A stretch of DNA of 64,000 nucleotides from Phoronis australis (taxonomy: Eukaryota > Animalia > Phoronida), in assembly GCA_002633005.1 (NCBI GenBank), contig NMRA01000230.1:323271-387270 (forward strand), written 5' to 3'. Made by a program: the position numbers and the translations under genes. Below are positions 26,536 through 39,800 of this stretch, in pieces. The notes under the pieces are model-generated. The model did not search any database and had not been told where the DNA came from. It was given only the letters and a program-made list of their open reading frames with translations. Numbering within the stretch: position 1 is the first letter of the stretch; each line of letters opens with the position of its first letter.

Positions 26536-27404
26536 CCTTTACTCCACCTTATTATGGTACGGTTTGTTGTTTCTAAGGCATTACTGGTGCCACTTACAAT
26601 AGCTGTGTGGCCACAAATCTGGTGCAAGGCAGAAGCAATCCCCAGCAGCAAGCTAGTGCAGTTACATGCATACGGGTCTTCTTTTTACCGCCCTATTTGC
26701 ATCTTGAGCTTTGTCGTGCGCAGAGCGACAACTTCCGCTTTGCACTAGTTAACCGCTATATGTGATTGGGGCAAGTTGGAATTATTGCACGTTGTCTGTG
26801 TGTGGATGGAAAGTTTGCCAACTGCAACAGTTTTGGTGGGACACAACCAAATGACTTGCCACTGTTAAACCTGCTACAAAGCCAGTCAATCAATCAGGCA
26901 TTTGGAAATTTAATGAGACTGAAATGACCACCATCTGGTGAGACAACAAGTGCTTGAGTTACACAATGAGGGCAGCTTCACATTATGGGAGTGCCACCGT
27001 TTCCTGGTGAGATAATCACATCATGGTGTTTACTCTCATCAATGGACAACACACACATTTGCTAATGGGAGTTAGCTGGAATCCTGGCCGCCTTCAGACA
27101 TGAGACACAAGCCAAGCCAAAAGTAACCAGAGTGCTAAATTGGTCAACAGCAAAAATGACCAGTAATAACTATTATGAGGGCAAAATTCTAATTACAGAA
27201 TGGCTTGGCCACCTAACTAATTTTCCAGTAAATTTTCTGTCTTTCTGGGGCACAAGGGAAAACTACTCTGATGGTGCGTTGGGCTTCCGCCCGGTCGTCA
27301 TGACTGGGAATTACGGAGCAATTTGTCTGAATGCTTTTGGCATGGAATTGCCCTACAATGAGAAATTTTCGCTAATAGAATAGGAACAGTGAATTCTCTC
27401 GTAC

Positions 27405-28535
27405 AATTCATAGGTTATATGTCCCACGATTCGTAGGTTATATGTCTCACGATTCGTACGTTATATGTCCCACGATTCCTATGTTATATATGTCCCACGA
27501 TTCGTATGTTATATGTCCTACCATTCGTAGGTCATATGTCCCACAATTCGTAGGTCATATGTCCCACGATTCGTAGGTCATATGTCCCACGATTCGCAGG
27601 TTATATGCCCCATGATTCGCAGGTTATATGTCCCATGATTCATAGGTTATATACCCATGATTCATAGATTATATGTCCCACAATTCATTCCACATGCCAA
27701 CATCACCTGACTGCAGTGGCTGCCATTTTGCTACATTGCACTAATGAGGTCTCACGCACACTGGCAAAACTATCACCTTTCAACCACCCAATTGTGTGTG
27801 GTTTTATACCAACTGGCTTTCCTAGCAAGAAAGTCAGTCTACGGACCCCACTTGTTTCAAATGACAGACAGGGCACACAGATGGCCAGACAAAAGAAACA
27901 AGTAATGAAAGTACAACCCTAAACATTGACANATTCGTAGGTCATATGTCCCACGATTCGTAGGTCATATGTCCCACGATTCGTAGGTCATATGTCCCAC
28001 GATTCGTAGGTCATATGTCCCATGATTCGTAGGTTATATGTCCCATGATTCGTAGGTTATATGTCCCATGATTCGTAGGTTATATGTCCCACGATTTGTA
28101 GGTTATATGTCCCACCATTCGTAGGTCATATGTCCCACAATTCGTAGGTCATATGTCCCACGATTCGTAGGTCATATGTCCCACGATTCGCAGGTTATAT
28201 GCCCCATGATTCGCAGGTTATATGCCCCATGATTCGCAGGTTATATGTCCCATGATTCATAGGTTATATGTCCCACAATTCATTCCACAAGCCAACATCA
28301 CCTCGACTGCAGTGGCTGCCATTTTGCTACATTACACTAATGAGGTCTCACGCACACTGGCAAAACTATCACCTTTCAACCACCCAATTTTGTGTGGTTT
28401 TATACCAACTGGCTTTCCTAGCAAGAAAGTCAGTCTACGGACCCCACTTGTTTCAAATGACAGACAGGGCACACAGATGGCCAGATGGCCAGACAAAAGA
28501 AACAAGTAACGAAAGTACAACCCTAAACATTGACA
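27405..28535. repeat. 23-bp minisatellite (ttatatgtcccacgattcgtagg) with a duplicated ~250-bp flank across N at 27932
   Basis: Arrays at ~27405-27685 and ~27933-28283; flank ~27680-27931 recurs at ~28275-28535. Confidence 0.92.
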
Positions 28536-28685
28536 AGAACCTTTTCCAAAAGTTGGAATAAAGTGAAAAACTTTATAAAAAAGAAAAAAAAACAAATCAG
28601 ACAATTATTTGTGTGTGAATTATGAATTACCCTACCAAACAAGAGATACACCACTTGATAGATAGCTGACTGCACCTCTGTCCAT

Positions 28686-31600
28686 TAATCCCAAATAGTT
28701 ACATGACTGACAGAGACCACATGTCTGACAGATGAGTTGTCTCAGCTGTCTCTCATGGCAATATCTGCTCAGTGTGGACATCTCCAGTCTTAGACCCTAC
28801 CTGTTCAAGAAATGATCATTCTACTCTAGACCCTCTTTCACTTGATACTGACCAAATCATGTCCTAAGGCCCTTTCATACTAACGTCAAGGCGTCAATGG
28901 TTTGGGGAGTTGCAGTCAGTGTGAAAGCTTAACTCGGTCCTGTATCGCAGTTAACAGCTCCAGTTAACATCGCAGTTAACAGGTGGATTAAATAGCGCAG
29001 CGTCGACGCTGCAGTGCAGTATGAACGCTTAACTTCGGTCCAATCGAAGTTATCGCCAGGTGCCACTGTTATCGTCAACAGTTACAGGGCAGTGCCGTCA
29101 CTAATAGCTGCTTATATTGTGCTCTAATAATAACCAATCGATTTAATGTCACTTAGCACATGTAAATGTTTCCAAATTGAAACATTGAAAAAAATCTTAG
29201 CATACAACGCTACCTTGTGATAACTTCGATGACGACAGCGGCACCAACTGCTTACTTCGATGTTCATAAACTACCGAAGCCAGTATGAACGGTAGAGTTA
29301 ACTGCGCTGTTTACATCGACGCTCCACTCACACCGGAGTTAAGTCAAAGGGCCTCTAGGAACACATGGTGCTACCTTTCGGTTATGAACCCACTTCACCA
29401 ATGACAACATTTATTTACCAGTTCATGCTGCAAACAGACATTCTATAAGAATTTGGGACACAAATAATGGCTAAAATTGTCATATTTCCATTTCTCAGAG
29501 GCTTATTGCAATAATGCAAATGCTCAAAATTTTACCAAATGTTGATTGGTAATAGCTACGCCTTACAAACCACTGGTAAAAGCAAAGTAAATTTTCCCAA
29601 TAAGCTAGTTGTGTTAAGAAAGTTGACAAAATGAAATTTCACCAATCCATCATATTGTGTACCAAACTAAAGAATTTTCACTATAATTTATATGTCCAAG
29701 CACTGCATGCAGTACCCGATCCCTCTAGAATATAATGCCAACCAGTCTGAATATATTTCTGTCAAGTTCTGTAATCTCAACTCAGCTTGGTCATGTATAC
29801 TAACTAGTCCTTGTGGAAGGAATAACAGATCATTTTGTTTGTCAACAAATGTTGCATACTCAGGACACAGTTTATGTCGAAGTTAAAATCATCCCTTCAG
29901 ACATACGTAATACAACTTTGACCAGTAAACATCGAGTTTTTTAGCACGTTTCCGCTGCCTGAATTTTGAAAAAGCCTTAGTGGAAATAAGTACCCAGCGA
30001 GAAACACGAGTGTTATGGAAAACCAATGGGAAATATCTAGCTCTTGGCCAATGATAAACTTGGGTATTTTCCAAAAGAAATTGTACATCCAGTGCTCAAT
30101 TCAGCAACCTGTAACCCGCCAATGCGACTTCATATGGCGTTTGGCGACCAGGGAAAAATCTCAAGTCACCATGAAGTCGCCATAGCAAGTGAGACAATAA
30201 TACTCCAGCAATTCATTTCAAAATTTTTGGTGCCTGCCAAACTTTAAATTACTCACATTTGTCCCAGACTAAATACCTTTGGTTCACAATTGTTTCAACT
30301 CAGTAATAATTCATATTTAAAGGGAGAAATGGAAGAGGATTGATCAACAATTCAGACGTCAGTTTTGGCAACCTCAAATTTTCACAAAGTCGCATTTGAC
30401 GACTTGGCGTCAAGCTAAGCATCGAGCATGGTACATCCAGTATGACTTGAGTATCACTTTACAACCATCAAGGTACAATGCATGGCAATATACGAACTAA
30501 TTATGCTGTAGCCCCTTCAAACCCAGAATCCTAAACAGATTAGGACAGACAATAATTAGTAATCGATTCTGAAAGTCACTTGTCATTCCACTTTAGACAA
30601 TTAAGCCAGGTGAACAAACACAGCACAACAGTCTATGTATCAACACACCACTAGTCCCAGACATTCGGCACTCAAAATAATGAAGATGCCACTCAATTAA
30701 TAGACATATAACTGCAGGTGTGCAGGTAAAAAAGTCTGGTTTATTTGTGAGCCAGAGGCAAAGCACTGGCTGATGCTAAAAGCTGCCAACCCAGTAAAGA
30801 TTGGGGATAGTTTGGATTTCATTGAGCGACTAATGGCTTGGTTGTTGATGGCAGGCAAATAACTGACTAGATGTATTTTAATAACAAGAAGGAATCATAA
30901 ATCTAAACAGCAAACAACAGCTAGACGGTCGTTCGTCAATGTTCAAAAATGTTGCTTCTACCTAGTTTTAATACTACACCTAGCCTCTGATTTACGAAAC
31001 CAAAACTTTAAATTCANCCCCCCCCGATTTCTTGAAAGTTCACGTTTAAGCGCCCATGTCTGGTTAACCGCCCACCCCCGATTTTTTGGGTTCGCCAATT
31101 TAACCGCCCAGGGCGTTAACCCGAACGATTACGGTAATCCCAAATAGTTACATGACTGACAGAGACCATATGTCAGACAGATGAGTTGTCTCAGCTGTCT
31201 CTCATGGCAACATCTGCTCAGTGTGGACATCTCCAGTCTTAGGCCCTATCTGTTCAAAAAATGATCATTCTACTCTAGACCCTCTTTCACTTGATACTGA
31301 CCAAATCATGTCCTAAGGCCCTTTCACACTAACGTCAAGGCGTCAATGGTTTGGGTAGTTGCGGTCAGTGTGAACGCTTAACTCGGTCCTGTATCGCAGT
31401 TAACAGCTCCAGTTAACATCGCAGTTAACAGGTGGATTAAATAGCGCAGCGTCGACGCTGCAGTGCAGTATGAACGCTTAACTTCGGTCCAATCGAAGTT
31501 ATCGCCAGGTGCCACTGTTATCGTCAACAGTTACACGGTAGTGCCGTCACTAATAGCTGCTTATATTGTGCTCTAATAATAACCAATCGATTTAATGTCA

Positions 31601-33450
31601 CTTAGCACATGTAAAAGTTTCCAAATTGAAACATTGAAAAAAATCTTAGCGTACAACGCTACCTTGTGATAACTTCGATGACGACAGCGGCACCAACTGC
31701 TTACTTCCATGTTCATAAACTACCGAAGCCAGTATGAACGGTCGAGTTAACTGCGCTGTTTACGTCGACGCTCCACTCATACCGGAGTTAAGTCAAAGGG
31801 CCTCTAGGAACACATGGTGCTACCTTTCGGTTATGAACCCATTTCACCAATGACAACATTTATTTACCAGTTCATGCTGCAAACAGACATTCAATAAGAA
31901 TTTGGGACACAAATAATGGCTAAAATTGTCATATTTTCATTTCTCAGAGGCTTATTGCAATAATGCAAATGCTCAAAATTTTACCAAATGTTGATTGGTA
32001 ATAGATACGCCTTACAAGCCAATGGTAAAAGCAAAGTAAATTTTCCCAATAACATAGTTGTGCTAAGAAAGTTGACATGAAATTTCACATATCCATCATA
32101 TTGTGCACCAAACTGAAGAATTTTCACTGTAAGTTATATATGCCCTAGCACTGCATGCAGTACCCGATCCCTCCAGAATGTAATGCCAACCAGTCTGAAT
32201 ATATTTCTGTCAAGTTCTGTAATCCCAACTCAGGGTGGTCATGTATCCTAACTAGTCCTTGTGGAAAAAATAACAGATCAATGTGTTTGTCAACAAATGT
32301 TGCATACTCAGGACACAGTTTATGTCGAAGTTAAAATCATCCCTTCAGACATAATACAACTTTGACCAGTAAACATCGAGTTTATTAGCACGTTTCCGCT
32401 CCCTGAATTTTGAAAAAGCCTTAGAGGAAATAAGTAACCAACGAGAAACACGAGTGCTAATGGGAAATATCTAGCCCTTGGTCAATGATAAACTTGGGTA
32501 TTTTCCAAAAGAAATTGTACATCCAGAGCTCAATTTAGCAACCTGTAACCTGCCAATGCGACTACATATGGCGTTTGGCGACCTGGGAAAAATCCCAAGT
32601 CACCATGAAGTCGCCACAGCAAGTGAGACAATAATACTCCAGAAATTCATTTCAAAATTTGTGGTGCCTTCCAAACTTTAAATTACTCACATTTGTCCCA
32701 GACTAAATACCTTTGGTTCACAATTGTTTCAACTCAGTAATAATGCATATTTAAAGGGAGAAATGGAAGAGGATTGATCAACAATTCAGACGTCAGTTTT
32801 GGCAATCTCAAATTTTCACTAAGTCGCATTTGACGACTTGGCTTCAAGCTAAGCATCGAGCATGGTACATCCAGTATGACTTGAGTATCACTTTACAACC
32901 ATCAAGGTACAACGCATGGCAATATACGTAACTAATTATGCTGTAGCCCTTCAAACCCAGAATCCTAAACAGATTAGGACAGACAATAATTAGTAATCGA
33001 TTCTGGAAATCACTTGTCATTCCACTTTAGACAATTAAGCCAGCGTGAACAAACACAGCACAACGGTCTATGTATCAAAACACCGTTAGTACCAGACATT
33101 CGGCACTCAAAATAATGAAGATGCCACTAAATTAATAGACATATAACTGCAGGTGCGCAGGTAAAAAAGTCTGGTTTATTTGTGAGCCAGAGGCGAAGCA
33201 CTGGCTGATGCTAAAAGCTGCCAACCCAGTAAAGATTGGGGATAGTTTGCATTTCATTGAGCGACTAATGGCTTGGTTGTTGATGGCAGGCAAATAACTG
33301 ACTAGATGTATTTTAATAACAAGAAGGAATCATAAATCTAAACAGCAAACAACAGCTAGACGGTCGTTCGTCAATGTTCAGAAATGTTGCTTCTACCTAG
33401 TTTTAATACTACACCTAGCCTCTGATTTACGAAACCAAAACTTTAAATTC
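28686..33450. repeat. ~2.3-kb direct tandem duplication across N at 31017
   Basis: ~28686-31016 matches ~31135-33450 with scattered SNPs and indels. Confidence 0.95.
28867..29354. mobile_element. PIF/Harbinger-like MITE (duplicate at ~31316-31803; partial copy at ~39885-40077)
   Basis: taa-ggccctttcatactaac left terminus; the 40.0-kb copy ends gttagtatgaaagggcc-taa, its exact inverted match, suggesting a TAA target. Confidence 0.65.
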
Positions 33451-33707
33451 ATTTCATTTAACTTTTGCAAACATTGACAAATGCAAATTACATACAATTT
33501 CCAGAACATTAACCACAATCTGTGCTTCCGCCAAAACAACTTTGTTTCTTCCATCCACGCTTAGCTCAACACCCAACTGTTGACTTTTGATCTCAACTCA
33601 AATGCCCAGGGTGTTATACAAGAAAACTTGGATTCTCAAATAGAAAAGTAAGGAAGAGCTGGTAAACTTGTTTGCAACATGTGAAGCATGACAAGAACAG
33701 TCAGTAT

Positions 33708-33856
33708 TGTACTGCACGGCTCCATTCTCGTACTGCATGGCTCCAGTCTCGTACTGCATGGCTCCAGTCCCGTACTGCACGGCTCCAGACACGTACAACA
33801 TGGCCCCAGTCTCGTACTACATGGCTCCAGTCTCGTACTACATGGCTCCAGTCTCG
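33708..33856. repeat. 21-bp minisatellite (cgtactgcatggctccagtct) running into an 80-N gap (33857-33936)
   Basis: Directly visible. Confidence 0.92.
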
Positions 33857-34649
33857 NNNNNNNNNNNNNNNNNNNNNNNNNNNNNNNNNNNNNNNNNNNN
33901 NNNNNNNNNNNNNNNNNNNNNNNNNNNNNNNNNNNNAGACAGTCACAGGAACGTAATGCTAACAATGAAATGCGGTTTAGTGATGGGCTTCACGAGCTAT
34001 GCTGGAGAACTACTCACTAAGTCATGTTATGTAGGACCTTAGAAAAACGTCAAAATTTGACTAACTTCGGAACATCACATCTCGGAAATGGCAGACGAGA
34101 TTCAGCTGGAACTCGCTGATACATGTCTTTATGCGCTGCTCACTAAAATCCTATTATTATTTGTTATTATTCTTGAAATGTCTCACATTTAACTTGCAGG
34201 TTCTGTTAACGCCTCAAAAATAGATCTGGATGTAACTTGGAGGGAAGGAGTCCAAAGATGATAATTTATAGCAGGGAATTGCTGTAACTGACTCAGTCAA
34301 TACCTAAAAATACATGCAGTTGTATTGGAATCTTGAACTTTTGACTATTTAGTAAAAAATCAAAACACCTCAAATTTATTGTAACACTACTTTGTATTAT
34401 AGTCGAGTCTGACCAGATTGACTCACACTTTGACATTTGCAAAGACAGTGAGCAACTGGCCAGTAGACCAAATATTTAAAAATAAATTAAACTTGAAAAG
34501 GGCAAAAATGGCATCAAAAAATCTCTGGTGAAGCACTAACCCAAAACCCTTCAAAATCTACACTTGCAAAAATTGCCGTTATACCTGACGTTTGTCATTT
34601 GAAAAGATTTATGTGGAGACCCAAAAATATCTGACAAAAAGTGATATTA

Positions 34650-36800
34650 ACAAAACAACATCTGCCATCTTCACGCCAGTGGTGAGAAATCACATGATCA
34701 GCCAGTCCAGGAATGACGACAAGTGCTATCCCACCTGGTCAAGTGGTCATTCCAGGGGTCATTCACCACTTTGACCACTGTCAGGAACTCCCACCAACAT
34801 CCATCAATCACCAGACAACCAGTACAACACCAAAAGCTGACCACACTAACAGCAGACATGGCTCAAGTCTTCAAGAGTGCTCTCAGTAAACTCCAGAGGT
34901 TTACTTGGAGAGATACTCTACTGCAGTTGTCTTGGTTTATTGAGCAGGGAACATTACATTCACCATAATTGTGGTGACCATTTTGGAAATAAACACCAGT
35001 AAAGTAAAACTTTCCCGCTTGGAAGTCTCTTAAATTCGGGATGTGGAAATTCAAATTTTCTTTTTGGTATTTAGGCAACAGGGGCGCTTCAACTTGACTT
35101 TGATTGAGACATGAGTGATGTTGTATTTGTCTCAAAGATTAGACACTTCGTATCGACTTGGCAGTTTGCAAAAATTGTCCAAGTTAGACGTCGACACATT
35201 TTCAGTTTCCGTAGCATATAGAATAAAAATAAAATCTCACTAATTCTGGAGTGAACATTCGAAACCATGAGCGGAAAAAGTAATAAAAGACTACATTCAA
35301 TCTACCACCAGGTTTGACCACCTTAACGTTATCCCTTACAATCTTCTTGAGCACATGTTCATCACTTAGATAAATGATAGAATATAAAGTTATGTCACCT
35401 TGACATTACAAAGAACCTCAGTCGCGAAAGACTATGACCAGTGGCCGAATGTAATGTTGTTTACCAATTCAATGTCTTCGTCCTCATTCTCGTGAACAGC
35501 ATTACATTGGACACACGGTATGTTCTCTCTCACGACAGTTATCCATGAACTTGTAGGGGGGCGGGGGGTCTATTCAAGATCACTTTGTACACCAACATGG
35601 GCAGAAAATAACTAGGCAAGAAATAGTAGACAATACCATCATTCGCTATGTTGAAAATGACATATTTCGGTTGAAGATTTTGAAATTGATTTTGATCAGT
35701 CACAAAAAACCTGTAATGAACAGCTCACGGGTATGTATCGCACGCTGGCTCTTTTTCGATAGGGTTGCGGCCTTGCGGGCTTCCTACCGCGTGTTGCAAT
35801 CACACTCTCTGCTTGTATGCCCCTCTTCCCGCTGTCACGTGTATTTCACTGTTTATTTCGCTACGGTATGTATATGTTCATTGCACTCATTGCCTGATGA
35901 TGTAACATGAAGTCACGAAATATTACTATTGATTTTATTTGTTTGTTTGTTATGTCCCTCGGTCTTTTACTTCATACCTGCACACCAGAAGAAAGGATAT
36001 TGTTCCGAAATTACAAACGTACCAGTATCAAGCTCGATAACAAAAAGTCTAGTCGTGTCTTTAACAAAGTTACAGTAAGATAACAACAGGGCTCGACATA
36101 ACGAGCTGCAGGTCGCATCCGCGACCTGAAATTTGGAAATGCGAGCTGAGATTTTTGTCAGCTCGTATCAAGTCGCAAAATGCGACCTAGAATTTCCAAC
36201 GAATGCGAGCTGAGTTTTTACACTTCTCAACAGATGCCTGGCAAATACAAAGCAGCACTTGTTAATCCGATCGTTATTTGGTTGTTGCCAAGTCCNAAAA
36301 CAACATCTGCTGTCTTCACGCCAGTGGTGAGAAATCACATGATCAGCCAGTCCAGGAATGACGACAAGTGCTATCCCACCTGGTCAAGTGGTCATTCCAG
36401 GGGTCATTCACCACTTTGACCACTGTCAGGAACTCCCACCAACATCCATCAATCACCAGACAACCAGTACAACACCAAAAGCTGACCACACTGAAGGCAG
36501 ACATGGCTCAAGTCTTCAAGAATGCTCTCAGTAAACTCCCGGAGGTTTACTTGGAGAGATACTCTACTGCAGTTGTCTTGGTTTATTGAGCAGGGAACAT
36601 TACATTCACCATAATAGTAGTAGTGACCATTTTGGAAATAAACACCAGTAAAGTAAAAACTTTCTCGTTTGGAAGTCTCTTTTACTTCATACCTGCACAC
36701 CAGAAGAAAGGATATTGTTCCGAAATTACAAACGTACCAGTATCAAGCTCGCTAACAAAAAGTCTAGTCGTGTCTTCAACAAAGTTACAGTAAGATAACA
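34650..36800. repeat. Duplicated segments across N at 36296
   Basis: ~34650-35030 matches ~36297-36680, and ~35963-36087 matches ~36679-36800. Confidence 0.9.
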
Positions 36801-39800
36801 ATCTAGTACCTTGACACAGGCATAATATTGAGTGATACTGTCAATCTTGAAAAATTCATGGAAGAAGTGAATATCATGAACAAAATTTCAATTATTAACG
36901 AAACAAAACTTTTCCCATTTTCTTCCCGAAGGTGACTTTTTACATTTGCACAGGACCCTGGATTCGGAGACTCGATATTGCGGCAGGAATATTGACATCA
37001 GCTCTAATATTCCCTATCGTGAGGTAGGCCCTGGCACATAGCATATTGCTAGGATTTGTTAAAACGGATTTTTCATAAAAACCATGCCAAAAGGCTTTGC
37101 AATGTACAACCGCTTACAAAATAACTTCTTTTTAATGTCTGCATTTACAACCATTTTGCATTTTTAAATAATAAATGCCATTTTCTCAACAATCAAACCC
37201 TGGCTCAAGTTTGTATACACCCGCTGAATGAATGGAGTTTCAGTTTTGATCGACTTAGCAGAAACAATTCTGATAGCCTTTCTACACCACAGGTCCCAGT
37301 AGCTTTTGTGAGACAAAAAGCTTGCAATGTAAGTGAACCTCAAAGACGGAATTCAAAACATTTGCAGAGCGAGCAGACAACACTTCTATTTGACTGACCC
37401 TTCAAACAGTCTATCAGAATCATAGTGCCGGTTATCAGTATATGCACTGACGACATCTAAAAGGAAGTTTACTAAAAATTTGTATCTGCAAGTCATCATT
37501 TAAAGCCACGGACAATGCCATTTTTAAACATCTTTGATATCTCTGAAAACTTGGCAGTTGTTTGCACCTAAACCTAGTCGATTTGATACTCCGTTCACAT
37601 ACCGGCAAAAATACCAGAATTTTCGCAAGCACTTGCTAGTAGCGGAAACACCACTAATATGAACAGCTGCTGGAATTCTTGCTGGGCCTTTGCTGCCATA
37701 TCGCTGGCAGTTTGAGTTACCCCAAAGCTGCTGGAGTTTTAGCAATCACCACTATAGTTGAAAGACTTATTTCAAAGAACACACATGCGAAAGGAAAAAC
37801 AGCTTAGCCAGCATGTTGTGAGTGTTGTTAGGACAGTAAACCAATGTTAACCTAAACGTCAATTCTCACTTTCAAAGCATTGCTGGTGTTGAGAAACAGG
37901 ACTACCAGTGAAAATGGCCTCACTTTGAACAGCGCGACTGTCAGACTAGTATTTTCACCATTGAATTAGCGACTCACATGAACCTAGTATGAGTGTCTAA
38001 ATCCAATACAAAAACATAAAATCTTGAGATATTAAGCTCAAAATATGGCAAAAATGTGGGACCATATTTGATGACATTTTGTAAAAATTAAGAAAATTCT
38101 ACTTTTCTATGCATATTTTTATGATACATATGCAAAATCATTTTGTATAAATTCCACTAAGCAAGTATGTAGCAGGCGTTTGAAAAAAGAAAAAATGACA
38201 ACATCGTTGACTATATTGTGCGAAACAGCTGATGAATTGTCAATGGATGACCAACAGATTACCATACACAGATCTGAACTTAATCTATAATCTTTAGTAA
38301 TTTTGTTAAAGACATACATCTCAAGGTATCCTGAGTCAATAGGATGGTCTATGGTTGGCACACCACATCAAGCACGACAGTTACTGAAGCCAGTGCCATT
38401 AGCATGGACAGGAAGTGAGACTGGCATTAATTTTACTCCACCCAGCCATATATTTTTAATGATACTTACAGACACTTGACAATAGAGTTCTTTATGTAGA
38501 TGATGTAAGCACCCAGCATATTATGGTTGTCTAAACCACAAAATAGGATTTCCAAAAATGCATCAAAATTGCACAGTGATGACTAAGCTCCCACCAGATG
38601 TTTCATTGGCCTAATTTCAGAACCCGCAAGAATTTTTAGGACTAGGTAAAGTTTTTTCGATTTTGTGGAAAATTACAGTCAAAACTGTCATTTTATAATA
38701 GTTCGAAAACTCAGAATGTCGTCAAGCCGGTTACGGCCCTTGGTAAGTGCTTTTATTCATTTTTCTTCAAATTTGACAGAAAAAAATTTACTGTTTCACC
38801 GAATTGTGTCCAACAATAAAAAAAGTTTATCGCATTAATAGGCAAGTAAACAAGTAACAATGATAAGAAGGTCAAATGCGTTTCCTTAATTCAGCACCTG
38901 AGGTCAGTATTTAACGTTAAGCATAACAACACAGTTGCTACACCTTCAATGCAAGCGTGGTAGTTTTTTACATGTCATACAAGGTTTACAGCTAGCATGT
39001 TGTATTTTTACGCCATTATCACGGCTTATACACTTTGCGATCTTCGTGAACGTCCATTATCGTATAATATAAGAAATTACGTGACGTTACTGATAGCGCC
39101 ACCTGGCGATACCTCCAATGAAAAGTTAACCTTTCATAGTGCGTCAAAGAGCTGACTCACTCATAAATTCACCTATTTACTACGAGGTTAATTCAAACTC
39201 TCCTTAAAAAATCAATGTGTCAACATTGGCTTGTGAGGCGTTTTAGATCTCGGCCAGGTAATATACCTGCAGGTTTTCAGGCTGAATGGCCATAAAGACA
39301 AGACTGAAATGAACTATTAATTCCCATGACCGCAATAAAACTAGATTAGCAGCAGGTGACACAAAGTGATAAACCCACGCCCCTGAGTCACTAGATGCAC
39401 AGGCAACAAGCTCTCACCCCTCAGTCACAAAACCAGGTCGAGATAATTTTCAGTTTATAAAAAAAACAAAATGACAGCGAGAATGATCACAACTGTGACA
39501 ATTGGCACGCCTTTTATATTAATTAGCCATCAATTGAATATTGGGCAAATGGAACTAAAATCGACAAGGTCTGTTCCAGCGCTATCACAAACTTTCTCAA
39601 TTCAGGTAAGAAAATGCATTCCATTGAACAGACTAGAGACGGACCAGTCCTGGATCTAAGTTTACAGGACCAGATGACTTCACAGTAAACAGGTGGATTT
39701 AATAACGAAGTGTCAACTTTGGTCTCATCAAATTTGTTGCCAGGGGGCGCTGCTATTGTCAACAACTGAAGGGTAGTGAGGTCTCTAATACCTATAATAT

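Noticed and set aside
27405-28283. CRISPR-like appearance of short repeats (also at 17118, 25559, 33708)
   Set aside because: Head-to-tail units with no unique spacers and no cas genes; eukaryotic minisatellites.
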